Shown here: piece by piece, positions 44,633 to 57,034 of the stretch
How the letters are laid out: the number at the start of each line of letters is the position of its first letter
Numbering within the stretch: the stretch's first letter is position 1
NCBI GenBank assembly: GCA_019911805.1
Contig: JAIOJV010000052.1
Location: 45,413 to 109,412 of the forward strand
Direction of reading: 5' to 3'
Origin: Gammaproteobacteria bacterium
GTDB taxonomy: Bacteria; Pseudomonadota; Gammaproteobacteria; Thiohalobacterales; Thiohalobacteraceae
DNA length: 64,000 nucleotides
Position numbers and translations under genes: made by a program
The notes under the pieces: model-generated
What the model was told of the DNA's origin: nothing
Database searches by the model: none
Seen by the model: only the letters and a program-made list of their open reading frames with translations

Positions 44633-45151
44633 ATCAGCGCTGGAAAAGAGAAATACCGGGTCAACGAGCGGATCACGGCCCGACAGGTACGCGTCATCGA
44701 TGTCGAAGGCGAACAGGCCGGCGTGATGACCATCGAGCAGGCCCTGGCGCTCGCGGAAGAGTCGGGCGTGGATCTCGTCGAGATCGCACCCCAGAGCGAG
44801 CCACCGGTCTGCCGCGTTATGGACTACGGCAAATTCCTGTTCGAGCAGAACAAGAAGCAGGCCGTCGCCCGCAAGAAGCAGAAGCAGGTGCAGGTGAAGG
44901 AAATCAAATTCCGTCCCGGCACCGACATAGGGGATTATCGGGTCAAGCTCCGCAACCTGATACGTTTCCTGGAAGAAGGGGACAGAGTGAAAGTGACGCT
45001 GCGGTTCCGCGGGCGCGAAATGGCGCATCAGGAACTGGGCACGGAACTTCTGGAACGGGTGAAGAAAGACCTCGAGGAACTCGGAGTCGTCGAGCAATTC
45101 CCCCGGATGGAAGGCCGCCAGATGGTCATGGTGATGTCCCCGAAGAAGTGA
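44633..45151 (+). CDS. infC: translation initiation factor IF-3 (probable non-AUG start)
   Basis: The reading frame is open and IF3-like upstream of the tracked GTG 44723: (I)[53 protein letters not shown] 44633 lies 6 nt after GGAGGG. IF3 genes classically start with AUU-type codons, so the exact start is inferred. Confidence 0.8.
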   Translation: MSAGKEKYRVNERITARQVRVIDVEGEQAGVMTIEQALALAEESGVDLVEIAPQSEPPVCRVMDYGKFLFEQNKKQAVARKKQKQVQVKEIKFRPGTDIGDYRVKLRNLIRFLEEGDRVKVTLRFRGREMAHQELGTELLERVKKDLEELGVVEQFPRMEGRQMVMVMSPKK

Positions 45152-45242
45152 GCGGTCCGTCAGGCCAAAGTCGTCGCGCGCAGGTTGCGGGTGGCGCCCT
45201 GTACGGATGACTATTGATATGACGAATACGGAGTGCATTCCA

Positions 45243-45440
45243 ATGCCGAAGTTGAAAACCAACCGCGGCGCAGCCAAGCGTTTCCAGCGCACGGCGAGCG
45301 GCGGCTTCAAGCGCGCGCAGTCCCATCTGCGGCACATCCTCACCAAGAAGAGCAGCAAACGGAAACGTCAGCTGGGCAGCCCCGCCCAGGTGCACGAGTC
45401 CGATGTGGCGGCTGTCCGCCGCATGCTGCCGTACAGCTGA
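45243..45440 (+). CDS. rpmI: 50S ribosomal protein L35
   Basis: [36 protein letters not shown]; start at ATG 45243 inside ORF 45207..45440. Confidence 0.9.
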   Translation: MPKLKTNRGAAKRFQRTASGGFKRAQSHLRHILTKKSSKRKRQLGSPAQVHESDVAAVRRMLPYS

Positions 45441-45451
45441 GGAGATAGCAT

Positions 45452-45808
45452 ATGGCACGCGTCAAGCGCGGCGTGATCGCACACGCCAGACATAAGAAGA
45501 TCCTGGACCAGGCCAAGGGCTACTATGGCGCCCGCCGCAAGGTCTATCGCATCGCCAAGCAGGCCGTCATCAAGGCCGGTCAATACGCCTATCGGGACCG
45601 TCGTCAGCGCAAGCGTCAGTTCCGTGCGTTGTGGATCGCCCGCATCAACGCCGCGGCCCGGGAGAACGGCCTGTCCTACAGCCGGCTGATCAACGGCCTG
45701 CGCAAGGCACACGTCGAGATCGACCGCAAGGTGCTCGCGGACATCGCGGTCTTCGACAAGGCCGCATTCGGCATCATCGCCGAGCAGGCCAAGGCCAGCC
45801 TGGGCTGA
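45452..45808 (+). CDS. rplT: 50S ribosomal protein L20
   Basis: [70 protein letters not shown]. Confidence 0.95.
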   Translation: MARVKRGVIAHARHKKILDQAKGYYGARRKVYRIAKQAVIKAGQYAYRDRRQRKRQFRALWIARINAAARENGLSYSRLINGLRKAHVEIDRKVLADIAVFDKAAFGIIAEQAKASLG

Positions 45809-45850
45809 ACGACCACCGGCCGCGGCCGGCATGTCGTGATGATACGGAAA

Positions 45851-45882
45851 GGGGAGGGCTGACAAGGCCGTCCCCTTTTTGT
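45851..45882 (+). terminator. rho-independent terminator/attenuator after rplT
   Basis: GGGGAGGGC-tgacaag-GCCGTCCCC followed by TTTTTGTTT. Confidence 0.6.
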
Positions 45883-45887
45883 TTATT

Positions 45888-47172
<1,285 letters not shown>

Positions 47173-47191
47173 TCTTTAAAAACCCGTTTTA

Positions 47192-47220
47192 GCCACGGAA
47201 ACACCTGGAAGACTCTGATG
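47192..47220. repeat. truncated left-arm fragment (R7a)
   Basis: GCCACGGAAACACCTGGAAGACTCTGATG matches the left arm and core start of R1, R2 and R9. Confidence 0.6.
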
Positions 47221-47234
47221 GGGAATTTATTTTA

Positions 47235-47316
47235 GCCACGGAAGCACACGGAAATACACGGAAGCCGGGGATGCAGCGGGTTTTACATTCCGTGTATTTC
47301 CGTGTGTTTCCATGGC
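47235..47316. repeat. minimal hairpin element R7b between pheS and pheT
   Basis: GCCACGGAAGCACACGGAAATACACGGAAGCC-ggggatgcagcgggttttac-ATTCCGTGTATTTCCGTGTGTTTCCATGGC. Confidence 0.85.
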
Positions 47317-47344
47317 CAATCTTTTTATGACTTGCATCTGACTT

Positions 47345-49720
47345 ATGAAATTCAGCGAAAACTGGTTGCGTGAATGGGTCGACCCGCCGGTGTCGACTGA
47401 TGAGCTGGTCGTACAGTTGACCATGGCGGGCCTGGAGGTCGACGGTGTCGAGCTGGCCGCGCCCGAATTCAGCGATGTGGTGGTGGGCGAGGTGCTGGAG
47501 GTGCAGCCGCACCCGGACGCGGACAAACTGCGCGTCTGCCGCGTCGCTACGGGTGGTGAACCGCTGCAGATCGTCTGCGGTGCGCCCAACGTCAGGAGGG
47601 GCATGAAGGTGCCGACCGCGCTGGTCGGCGCGCGCCTGCCGGGCGATCTCAAGATCAAGCAGGCCAAGCTGCGCGGCGTCGTCTCCAGCGGCATGCTGTG
47701 TTCGGCCCGCGAACTCGGGCTTGCCGACGATCACCAGGGTCTGATGGTGCTGCCGGCCGGGGCGCCGGTGGGTCAGGATTTCCGTGCCTACCTCGGCCTC
47801 GACGACCGCATCATCGAGGTCGACCTGACGCCCAACCGCGGCGACTGCCTCGGGCTGGCGGGCATCGCCCGCGAGGTCGGCGTGCTCAACGGCTGCGCCG
47901 TCACGCCGCCGCAGATCAGCCGGGTAACGGCCGGCTGTGACGACCGCTTCGAGGTGCGCGTGGCGGTGCCCGAGGGCTGTCCGCGCTATCTCGGCCGCAT
48001 CATCCGCGGGTTCGACCCGGCGGCAGTCACACCGCTGTGGATGCAGGAACGCCTGCGCCGCGGCGGGCTGCGCAGCCTGGGCCCGGTGGTCGACGTCACC
48101 AATTACATCCTGCTGGAGCTCGGTCAGCCCATGCACGCCTTCGATCTGGCGCGGCTGGACGGGCATATCGAGGTGCGTTACGCACACAGCGGCGAGACGC
48201 TGCAACTGCTGGACGGCCACGAGTTGACGCTGGATGAGGAGACGCTGGTCATCGCCGATGCCGCCAAGGCCCTGGCCATCGCCGGCGTCATGGGCGGCGC
48301 GGACAGTGGCGTCGGCACAGACAGCCGCGATCTGTTCCTCGAATGTGCCTTCTTCAGCCCGGAGGTCCTGGCCGGGCGGGCGCGGCGCTACGGCCTGCAG
48401 ACCGATTCTTCCCACCGCTTCGAGCGCGGCGTCGATTTCGAACTACAGCACCGCGCCATGGAGCGGGCGACCGCGCTGCTGCTGGACCTGGTCGGCGGGA
48501 CTGCGGGTCCCATCATCGAGGTCTGCGCGCCGGAGCGGTTGCCGCGCCGCGACGTGATCCGGTTGCGGCGCGCCCGCATCCGGCGGCTGTTGGGCGTGGA
48601 ACTGGCCGATGCCGAGGTCGAGGCCATCCTGCTGCGGCTCGGCGCCAGGCTGAACGCGACCGCCGACGGCTGGGACGTGGAACCGCCGTCGTACCGCTTC
48701 GACATGGCCATCGAGGCCGATCTGATCGAGGACATCGGCCGCATTCACGGCTACGATCGGCTGCCCAGCCTCCGTCCGCGCGCGGCCCTGCGGGCGACGC
48801 CGCCCTCGGAGGCGCGGGTGAGCATCGGCCAGTGGCGCGAGATACTGGTGCAACGCGGCTATCAGGAAGCGATCACCTACAGTTTCGTCGATCCCCGGCT
48901 GCAGCAGCGGCTTGATCCCGGGCGACCGCCGGTGGCACTGGCCAATCCGATCTCGTCGGAGATGTCGGTCATGCGCACGACCCTGTGGGCGGGGCTGCTG
49001 CGGGCGGCGCAGCACAACCTGAACCGGCAGCAGGCGCGCGTCCGTCTCTTCGAGTATGGACTCAACTATATAATCCATGATGATGAATTAACGCAAGATT
49101 CATACATTGCAGGCTTGGCCTGTGGCAGTCGCCTGCCCGAGCAGTGGGGTGTCACGGCGACGCCGCTGGACTTCTTCGACGTCAAGGCCGACGTCGAGGC
49201 GTTGCTCGCGGCGGGCGGTGTGGGCGAGGCCTTCACCTTCCGGGCAGACTGCCATCCGAGCCTGCATCCCGGCTGCACGGCCAGGATCGAACGGGGCGCT
49301 GAGACCGTGGGCTGGCTGGGTACGCTGCACCCGGAACTCGCGGCCGAATTGGATGTCCCTGAGAACACGGTGGTATTCGAATTGGAGGCGCAGCGGGTCG
49401 CGGCCGGCGCCATTGCGCGTTTCCAGGAAATATCGCGTTTCCCGGCCATCCGGCGCGATCTCGCCTTCATCGTCGACGCGCAGGTTACGGCCAACGCGCT
49501 CAGTGCCGTGGCCCGTGCCGCCGCCGGGCCGTTGCTGCGGGACCTGGCGGTGTTCGATCTGTACCAGGGCCCAGGAGTAGAATCGGGACGAAAAAGCATC
49601 GCTTTGGGCTTGATTCTACAGGATTCGTCACGCACACTAGCGGAGCAGGATGTGGAGGCGGTTCTGGCTGACGTGCAGACCGCATTGAACGCATCATTTG
49701 GGGCAAATCTGAGGGAGTGA
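47345..49720 (+). CDS. pheT: phenylalanine--tRNA ligase beta subunit
   Basis: 791 aa. [22 protein letters not shown]..., with tRNA-binding, B3/4, B5 and anticodon-binding-like order. Confidence 0.95.
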   Translation: MKFSENWLREWVDPPVSTDELVVQLTMAGLEVDGVELAAPEFSDVVVGEVLEVQPHPDADKLRVCRVATGGEPLQIVCGAPNVRRGMKVPTALVGARLPGDLKIKQAKLRGVVSSGMLCSARELGLADDHQGLMVLPAGAPVGQDFRAYLGLDDRIIEVDLTPNRGDCLGLAGIAREVGVLNGCAVTPPQISRVTAGCDDRFEVRVAVPEGCPRYLGRIIRGFDPAAVTPLWMQERLRRGGLRSLGPVVDVTNYILLELGQPMHAFDLARLDGHIEVRYAHSGETLQLLDGHELTLDEETLVIADAAKALAIAGVMGGADSGVGTDSRDLFLECAFFSPEVLAGRARRYGLQTDSSHRFERGVDFELQHRAMERATALLLDLVGGTAGPIIEVCAPERLPRRDVIRLRRARIRRLLGVELADAEVEAILLRLGARLNATADGWDVEPPSYRFDMAIEADLIEDIGRIHGYDRLPSLRPRAALRATPPSEARVSIGQWREILVQRGYQEAITYSFVDPRLQQRLDPGRPPVALANPISSEMSVMRTTLWAGLLRAAQHNLNRQQARVRLFEYGLNYIIHDDELTQDSYIAGLACGSRLPEQWGVTATPLDFFDVKADVEALLAAGGVGEAFTFRADCHPSLHPGCTARIERGAETVGWLGTLHPELAAELDVPENTVVFELEAQRVAAGAIARFQEISRFPAIRRDLAFIVDAQVTANALSAVARAAAGPLLRDLAVFDLYQGPGVESGRKSIALGLILQDSSRTLAEQDVEAVLADVQTALNASFGANLRE

Positions 49721-49725
49721 ACCAT

Positions 49726-50025
49726 ATGGCGCTGACCAAGGCGGAATTGGCCGAAACCTTGTTCGAAGAGCTGGGTCTCAACAAGCGTGAGGCCAAGGAG
49801 CTCGTCGAGATGTTCTTCGAAGAGATCCGGCAGGCGCTGGAGTCCGGCAATCAGGTCAAGCTGTCGGGTTTCGGCAATTTCGATCTGCGCGACAAGAACC
49901 GCCGTCCGGGCCGCAACCCCAAGACGGGCGAAGAGATTCCGATCTCCGCGCGGCGCGTCGTCACTTTCCGGCCAGGTCAGAAACTCAAGTCCAGGGTAGA
50001 GGCATATGCTGGAAGCCAGCAATAA
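49726..50025 (+). CDS. ihfA: integration host factor alpha subunit
   Basis: [88 protein letters not shown] is near-identical in pattern to E. coli IhfA. I prefer ATG 49726 over GTG 49717. Confidence 0.9.
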   Translation: MALTKAELAETLFEELGLNKREAKELVEMFFEEIRQALESGNQVKLSGFGNFDLRDKNRRPGRNPKTGEEIPISARRVVTFRPGQKLKSRVEAYAGSQQ

Positions 50026-50362
50026 CAGCGTCCTCCCGCTGATTCCCGGCAAACGCTACTTCACCATCGGTGAGGTGAGTGAACTGTGCGGTGTGAAGCC
50101 ACACGTCCTGCGCTACTGGGAACAGGAATTCCCACAGTTGAAGCCGGTGAAGCGTCGCGGTAACCGTCGCTACTACCAGCGGCACGACGTGATCATGATC
50201 CGTCAGATCCGCAGTCTGCTGTACGAGCAGGGCTTCACCATCGGCGGCGCGCGCCAGCGCCTGTCGGGTGAAGAGGCCAAGGACGACCTCACGCAAAGTC
50301 AGCAGATCATCCGCCAGATGCGTCTGGAACTCGAGGACCTCCTGCAGTTGCTGCGTCGCTGA
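50006..50362 (+). CDS. MerR-family transcriptional regulator (the small MerR commonly found after ihfA)
   Basis: [40 protein letters not shown] is a MerR-type HTH. It overlaps the ihfA end by 20 nt. Confidence 0.7.
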   Translation: MLEASNNSVLPLIPGKRYFTIGEVSELCGVKPHVLRYWEQEFPQLKPVKRRGNRRYYQRHDVIMIRQIRSLLYEQGFTIGGARQRLSGEEAKDDLTQSQQIIRQMRLELEDLLQLLRR

Positions 50363-50449
50363 CCCACCGGTCGTTTCCACTGCGTCGGGATTCGGTTATG
50401 ATGGCGCCCCGCCCGCAAAGGGCGGTCAAAGCTTGATCACTGTATTTTT

Positions 50450-50646
<197 letters not shown>

Positions 50647-50660
50647 CCCCTCACCCTCGC

Positions 50661-50790
50661 GCCCCGACCAACTCCAAAAGCCGTTCTCACGAACGGCTTT
50701 TTTCGTTGCCCGGCGCGTTCGGATTCCCGGCCCTTCGGCATAGCCTCAGGGCGTTCGGGTCGCGCGAAGCGGTGCTTCGCGAAAGGCACG
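50661..50790 (+). repeat. tandem direct repeat, copy 2 (orphan tRNA 3' end plus second terminator hairpin)
   Basis: Identical to copy 1 except 2 mismatches (CCCAGTGCG vs CCCGGCGCG). The period is 144 nt. Confidence 0.9.
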
Positions 50791-51073
50791 GGTGGCCACG
50801 CCCGTGTAGGCGGGGACTATCCAGAAAAACGGTTCGGTCACGCCGCGGAAGATCATCACGCCTGAGCTCGGGGCGATCAGCGTAGTGATGTTTATGGTCT
50901 ATAACTCTCACTGTGCATGGGCATTCGCGGTCCGGGTGAGTAGCCACCATCCCGATGAGCGGAAGGTACCGGGCAATCTCTGTGTCAGGCATTTAATTTC
51001 ACATTTTGCTGGCCAGGCCGTGCCGCTTGGCAGGCAAGGAGTTTCAAACGGTCATCGTAGTAAAGGACCTACC

Positions 51074-51859
51074 ATGCTTAACATCGATTTAGCAACCCGA
51101 CGCGCACTCGTCACGGGTGCAAATTCCGGATTGGGTCGTGCCATCGCACTCAATCTTGCCGCCGCCGGTGCACGCGTGGCCGTGCACGCCCTGAATGATC
51201 CGGTCAGTACCGCAACCGTAATCGAACAGATTCAGCAGGCGGGCGGTGAGGCGGTGGCGGTCTATGGTGATGTCAGTCAGCCGGTACAGGTGGAGAAACT
51301 ATTTACCGACGTCGACGCGGCCTTCGGCGGGCTGGATATCCTGGTCAACAACGCCGGCCTGGATGGTATACGGGCGCTGTGCGTCGACAGCGACCTCGCA
51401 CACTGGCAGAAGGTGATCGACGTCGATTTGCGGGGCCCGTATGACTGTACCCGACACGCACTCAAGCGCATGTTGCCACAACAGCGTGGCGTGATCCTGA
51501 ACATTACCTCGGTGCACGAATTCATCCCCTGGGCCGGCTACAGTGCCTACACCAGTGCCAAAGCGGCACTGTCGATGTTCACCAAGACCGTGGCACAGGA
51601 AGTGGCCACCCAGGGTGTGCGCGTACTGGCGATCGCACCCGGTGCCATTCGTACGCCGATCAACGCCGATGTGTGGAACAACCCGGATGGTCTGCGTGAC
51701 CTCGATCAGAAAATCGCCATGGCCCGACCAGGGGAACCGGATGAAATCGGCCGCGTTGCGGCATTTCTGGCGAGTGATCTTGCCAGCTATATCACCGGTA
51801 CCACGCTGGCGGTCGACGGCGGTATGTTGATCTATCCCGACTTCAGTCACGGCGGCTGA
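51074..51859 (+). CDS. SDR-family oxidoreductase
   Basis: ATG 51074 follows AAAGGA. ALVTGANSGLGRAIAL (TGxxxGxG), NNAG, and Y..SK (YSAYTSAKAA). Confidence 0.8.
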   Translation: MLNIDLATRRALVTGANSGLGRAIALNLAAAGARVAVHALNDPVSTATVIEQIQQAGGEAVAVYGDVSQPVQVEKLFTDVDAAFGGLDILVNNAGLDGIRALCVDSDLAHWQKVIDVDLRGPYDCTRHALKRMLPQQRGVILNITSVHEFIPWAGYSAYTSAKAALSMFTKTVAQEVATQGVRVLAIAPGAIRTPINADVWNNPDGLRDLDQKIAMARPGEPDEIGRVAAFLASDLASYITGTTLAVDGGMLIYPDFSHGG

Positions 51860-52163
51860 GGTAGAGGCCGGCACCATCATGGTCGGCCGCGACGCGGGGG
51901 CTGGTACGCTGGCGCGCACGCCTGTATCCAGTGGTCTGTGCGTCTTGGAGGTGACTGATCCCTCGTTGATACCGCCTGTTCCCACCGTCAATCCCTCGCC
52001 CGTCAGCAGGCCTGAGACGCTGTGCGTGGCCGGCTGTGTGGCGATGCCGGCTAGCCGGGCGAGCGTCACAAAGGGAGCTATGGGATTTTATCGCTGCGGT
52101 AATCCGGTCCGGTTACCCCGGCACGGCCGGTTTCCCGACAAGAATGAGCCAAGTTGAACTACT

Positions 52164-53195
52164 GTGGAAATGATCAGATTCCGCTGGGTGATGCTGTCGA
52201 TCCTGCTGGTGGTGGCGGTGGCCGGTGGGTACGCGTTCTGGCGGTATGAACAGGCCTATCCGAGCACATCCGATGCCTATGTAACCGCGCACGTGGTGCG
52301 CATCGGGCCGCAGATCGAAGGGCGGGTCATCAAGTTGCCGGTCCGGGATCACCAGCACGTGACCCAGGGTGCGTTGCTGCTGGAGATCGATGCACAGCCT
52401 TACCGCATCGCCGTGCAGCAGGCGCAGGCGGAACTGGCGCTCGCCCGGCAGCAGCAGCTGGCCGCCACGGCGGCGCTGGCGGCCGCCAGCGCGACGATCA
52501 GCCAGCAGCAGGCACGCTTGGACGATGCGCGGCACGCCTATACGCGCGCTACCCGCCTGCTGGCAACGCAGGCTGTGTCGCAGGCGCAGGTGGATTCCGA
52601 TCACGACAGACTGCGTGCGACCGAGGCCGAGTTGCACGCCGCCCAGGCCGGTTATCAGCAGTCCCTGCACCAACAGGGCGAGGCTGGTGCGCGTATCGGA
52701 GTCGCCCAGGCGGCGCTCGACCAGGCGCGCCTGAATCTGTCGTATACCGTCATCACCGCACCGGCGTCGGGCACCCTGGGGGAGATCCCGATCCGGCCCG
52801 GCGATATTGTACAAGTGGGCCAACAGCTGTTTCCCCTGGTGGAGGATCGGGTTTTCTGGGTCGAGGCCAATTACAAGGAAACCGATCTCGAGCGCATAAG
52901 GCCGGGGCAGCCTGCGACGATCCGTATGGATATGTATCCGGACGCAGCGTTTCAGGGTGTCGTCGAGTCACTGAGTCCGGCAAGCGGTGTGGCGTTTTCC
53001 CTGCTGCCACCCGAGAACGCCACCGGCAACTGGGTCAAGGTGACCCAGCGGTTTCCGGTCCGCGTGCGGATCATTGGTGGCGGCAGTGACTCACCGCTGC
53101 GCATCGGTGCCAGCTGTGCCGTGACGATCGATACCACCCGAACCGTGCAGAATCCCGGGTTGTCTGCGCCACAGCCGCCGCCGGCCGGACGTTGA
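52164..53195 (+). CDS. HlyD/EmrA-type membrane fusion protein of an MFS efflux pump
   Basis: An N-terminal TM anchor, then DAYVTAHVVRIGPQIEGRVIKLPVRDHQHVTQGALLLEID and a long coiled coil. It is followed by an EmrB-like gene. Confidence 0.8.
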   Translation: MEMIRFRWVMLSILLVVAVAGGYAFWRYEQAYPSTSDAYVTAHVVRIGPQIEGRVIKLPVRDHQHVTQGALLLEIDAQPYRIAVQQAQAELALARQQQLAATAALAAASATISQQQARLDDARHAYTRATRLLATQAVSQAQVDSDHDRLRATEAELHAAQAGYQQSLHQQGEAGARIGVAQAALDQARLNLSYTVITAPASGTLGEIPIRPGDIVQVGQQLFPLVEDRVFWVEANYKETDLERIRPGQPATIRMDMYPDAAFQGVVESLSPASGVAFSLLPPENATGNWVKVTQRFPVRVRIIGGGSDSPLRIGASCAVTIDTTRTVQNPGLSAPQPPPAGR

Positions 53196-53222
53196 TATGC
53201 CGCCCGGCATGGCAGAAGCCCG

Positions 53223-54764
53223 ATGAGCATCGCCGCGCCACCGTCGTCCGCGGGTGCCGGTGCGCCCCGCTGGCTGCTGAGTATTGCGGTGATGCTGTCC
53301 ACGGTGATGGTCATCCTGGATATGACCATCGTCAACGTGGCCCTGCCGCACATGATGGGGTCACTCGGCGCGACCGCCGACCAGATCACCTGGGTACTGA
53401 CGGGCTATATCGTCATGGAGGCCATCGTCATCCCGCTGAGCGGCTTCCTTGCGACCTGGCTGGGACGCCGCCGGCTGATGCTGATCAGTATTGCCGGTTT
53501 CGTCCTGACCTCCGCCTTGTGCGGCCAGGCGGACTCGCTCCCCGAGATGGTGGTGTTTCGTTTGCTGCAAGGCGGGTTCGGTGCCGCGGTGATCCCCCTG
53601 TCCCAGTCCATCATGGTCGACAGTTTCCCGGGTGAAGAGCGCGGCAAGGCCATGGCATTGTGGGGTGTCGGCATCATGCTCGGGCCGATCCTGGGGCCGA
53701 CGTTGGGTGGCTATATCACGGAGCAACTCGACTGGCGCTGGGTGTTTTATATCAATGTGCCGGTCGGTATCGTCAACCTGCTGCTGATCGCCCGCCTGGT
53801 CAGGCCGGAGGCTGCGCGCAGCGTACGGGTCGACTGGATCGGGATGCTGCTGCTGGCACTGGGGATCGGCGCTTTGCAGACACTGCTCGATCGCGGCAAT
53901 CAGGAGAACTGGCTGCACTCGGGCCTGATCGTGATGCTGGTCGGTGTGAGCGTGGCCGGGCTGGTGGCCTTTGTGCTGCGCAGCTGGTCGCGCAGTGACA
54001 GCGTGCTGCAACTCAGTCTGCTGAAAGATCGCAACCTGGCGCTGGCCTCACTGATGATGGCGGTGTTCGGTATGGGACTGTTCGGTACGATCGCACTGCA
54101 GCCCCTCATGCTCGAAGGTCTGTTCGATTACCCGGCGCAGACCACCGGTCTGGTGATGGCGCCGCGCGGCCTGGCATCGGCGCTCGGCATGTTCCTGGTG
54201 TCGCGCCTGATCAACCGGCTGGGCGCGCCGCGACTGATACTGGCCGGGCTGGTGCTGGCTGCCAGCGGCACCGGGTTGATGACCTACTACAATCTCGGCC
54301 TGTCCGTCGGCTGGTTCGTCTGGCCGAGCGTGGTGCAGGGGCTGGGTATGGGGATGATTTTCGTACCGCTGTCGACGCTGGTGTACGCGAGCCTGCCGCC
54401 TGCGGCCACCGATCAGGCGTCGGCCATTTTCAACCTGGCGCGTACGGTCGGCGGCTCCATGGGGATATCCATCGCCGTGACGGTATTTACGCGCATGTCG
54501 CAGGTCAACTGGAATCGCCTCGGTGGCGACATCAACCCGTATAATCCCGCCTTGCAGCAGTGGCTGACCACCAGGCAGCTTGATCTGACTGATCCCTTGA
54601 CCCCCCAACTGCTCGCCCAAGAACTTGAACGTCAGGCCAGCATGATCGGTTTCATAGATGCCTTCTGGATCGTGGCTTTGAGTTTCGTGATGCTGGCACC
54701 GCTGTTGCTGCTGTTTCGCACAAAACCGGATGCAGCCGACAGCGGCCCACCTGTATCAGGTTGA
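53223..54764 (+). CDS. DHA2-family MFS efflux transporter (EmrB/QacA-like, 14 TM)
   Basis: MVILDMTIVNVALPHMMGSLGA...GFLATWLGRRR are typical DHA2 motifs. 513 aa. Confidence 0.85.
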   Translation: MSIAAPPSSAGAGAPRWLLSIAVMLSTVMVILDMTIVNVALPHMMGSLGATADQITWVLTGYIVMEAIVIPLSGFLATWLGRRRLMLISIAGFVLTSALCGQADSLPEMVVFRLLQGGFGAAVIPLSQSIMVDSFPGEERGKAMALWGVGIMLGPILGPTLGGYITEQLDWRWVFYINVPVGIVNLLLIARLVRPEAARSVRVDWIGMLLLALGIGALQTLLDRGNQENWLHSGLIVMLVGVSVAGLVAFVLRSWSRSDSVLQLSLLKDRNLALASLMMAVFGMGLFGTIALQPLMLEGLFDYPAQTTGLVMAPRGLASALGMFLVSRLINRLGAPRLILAGLVLAASGTGLMTYYNLGLSVGWFVWPSVVQGLGMGMIFVPLSTLVYASLPPAATDQASAIFNLARTVGGSMGISIAVTVFTRMSQVNWNRLGGDINPYNPALQQWLTTRQLDLTDPLTPQLLAQELERQASMIGFIDAFWIVALSFVMLAPLLLLFRTKPDAADSGPPVSG

Positions 54765-54813
54765 ATCCGGGTAGGTACACAGGGATAACGCTGACAGGGG
54801 AGGCCGAAGGATA

Positions 54814-56709
54814 ATGTCTGATCTGGCCGCAACCACCACCGGATCGCCACCAGCGGATGGGATGGTACTGCTGCCCACCCTCGGTGTGGTGTTCGGTGAT
54901 ATCGGAACCAGTCCACTCTATGCCTTGCGCGAGAGCTTCAATGGCGTCGGCGCACCGCCGCTGGACCGGCCGGACGTACTGGGCATCCTGTCGCTGATAT
55001 TGTGGGCGCTGATACTGGTGATATCGGTCAAATACCTGGTGTTCGTGCTACGCGCGGACAATCAGGGGGAAGGTGGCATCATTGCCCTGGTGGCGCTGCT
55101 CAACCCCTGGCACGCCAGGCCAGGCGCGGCGCGGCATCTGTTGATGCTCATGGGACTGTTCGGGGCCTGCCTGCTCTATGGGGACGGGACCATAACCCCG
55201 GCCATTTCGGTGCTGAGCGCCGTCGAAGGCCTGCAGGTGATCGCGCCGGGGCTGGATGTCTTCGTGATACCGCTCACCATTGTCATACTGGTTGCATTGT
55301 TCAGTGTGCAGCGCAGCGGCAGCGACCGGATCGGGCGGCTGTTCGGCCCGGTGATGCTGGTGTGGTTCGTGGTGCTGGGGTTGCTGGGGGTGCGCGGCAT
55401 CCTCATGGAGCCGGCCGTCCTTGCCGCGTTCAACCCCTACTATGCAGTGACGTTCTTCGCGAGCAACGGTCTGACCGGGTATTTTACCTTGGGCGCGGTC
55501 TTCCTGGTCGTTACGGGCGGCGAGGCACTGTATGCCAGTCTGGGACATTTCGGCGTGTCACCGATCCGGCGCGCCTGGTTCATGATCGTGTTTCCGGCGC
55601 TGCTGTTGAACTATCTGGGCCAGGCCGCGCTGCTGATCGCTCAACCGGCTGCAATCAGCTCGCCGTTCTTCCATCTGGCACCGGGCTGGGCGGCCATGCC
55701 GCTGGTGGCGCTGGCCACCATGGCGACTGTCATCGCCTCGCAGGCGGTCATCAGCGGGACCTTTTCGCTCACCCGGCAGGCCGTCCAGCTCGGCCAACTG
55801 CCCCGTATGCGGGTGATTTACACCCAGGCGGAAGAATCCGGTCAGGTCTATCTACCCTTGGTGAACTGGCTATTGATGGTGGCCTGCGTGGCGTTGGTGC
55901 TGGGTTTCGGCAGCTCCGCGGCGCTGGCCTCGGCCTATGGCGTGGCCGTGTCGCTGGATATGGTCGTGACTACACTGCTGGCGGTGAGTGTGGCATGGCG
56001 TTTCGGCTGGCACCCGTTGCTGGCGGTGGGGGCCGGGGCGCTGTTCATCGTTATCGACAGTGCCTTCCTCGGCGCCAATCTGAGCAAGATACCCGACGGT
56101 GGCTGGTATGCCTTGCTGGTCGCGGGGGTGATGTTTCTGCTGATGTGGAGTTGGCGGGCAGGCCGGGCCCTGCTGGCGGCCCGGCTGTCGCAACGGGCCG
56201 TCTCGCAGGACGCATTCCTCCAGCAGATCGAGATCAATCCCCCCTATCGCGTGCCGGGTACCGCCGTGGTGCTGACCGGACAGTACGGTCAGTATGTGCC
56301 GGCCGCGCTGGTGCACCACCTGGCCTGCACACATGTGTTGCATGAGCAGGTCATTTTTCTTACCGTGGCCACCGCCGACCGTCCCCATGTAGCCGCCACC
56401 GACCGTCTGGATTTCGAAAACCTGGGGCAGGGCGTGGTGCGGATGCGCGTCCAGTACGGTTTCTCGCAGCCACCGAACATCCCGGTAGCGTTGAAACTCG
56501 GTGAGCACATCGGTATTCCCATCGATACCGACGCCGTACTCTACATCCTGGGACGCGAGACCCTGCTCGCCCGGCGCGATCTACCCGGGCTGCCGTACTG
56601 GCAGGAACTGATCTTTGTCTGGCTCGCGCGCAATGCTGCACGGGCCACGGCATATTACCGCCTGCCCGAGGAACGGGTCCTGGAGATCGGTCTGCAGGTG
56701 GGGCTATAA
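54814..56709 (+). CDS. kup: KUP-family potassium uptake protein
   Basis: LGVVFGDIGTSPLYALRE...NQGEGGIIAL...TGGEALYASLGHFG are KUP signatures. 631 aa. Confidence 0.9.
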   Translation: MSDLAATTTGSPPADGMVLLPTLGVVFGDIGTSPLYALRESFNGVGAPPLDRPDVLGILSLILWALILVISVKYLVFVLRADNQGEGGIIALVALLNPWHARPGAARHLLMLMGLFGACLLYGDGTITPAISVLSAVEGLQVIAPGLDVFVIPLTIVILVALFSVQRSGSDRIGRLFGPVMLVWFVVLGLLGVRGILMEPAVLAAFNPYYAVTFFASNGLTGYFTLGAVFLVVTGGEALYASLGHFGVSPIRRAWFMIVFPALLLNYLGQAALLIAQPAAISSPFFHLAPGWAAMPLVALATMATVIASQAVISGTFSLTRQAVQLGQLPRMRVIYTQAEESGQVYLPLVNWLLMVACVALVLGFGSSAALASAYGVAVSLDMVVTTLLAVSVAWRFGWHPLLAVGAGALFIVIDSAFLGANLSKIPDGGWYALLVAGVMFLLMWSWRAGRALLAARLSQRAVSQDAFLQQIEINPPYRVPGTAVVLTGQYGQYVPAALVHHLACTHVLHEQVIFLTVATADRPHVAATDRLDFENLGQGVVRMRVQYGFSQPPNIPVALKLGEHIGIPIDTDAVLYILGRETLLARRDLPGLPYWQELIFVWLARNAARATAYYRLPEERVLEIGLQVGL

Positions 56710-57034
56710 CCGGACATAACGGATGGCATCACGTACAAGAAGGTTGCACCCCGCGATCATTCAGGAGTCGGCGTCCTGGCCAATAACCTGATCCGGAAGT
56801 GGTGATCGGACACCCGCCTTCACGGGAAAGAGATGACCGAGTAGATCATTTGGCGTGTCGACTTCTATAATGTGCGCTTGTCACCCATGCTGCCGCGGTA
56901 TTGGTCCGAAGGGCTTCGGCAATCGTCAAGTTTCACCGAAGCTTGCCGCTGCTCCGGTTTCCAGACGTCGCGACAGCACCGCCGGCATGCAACATCGCCC
57001 GGATTGTATAAACGGATCAGGAAAGTCTGTGGAC

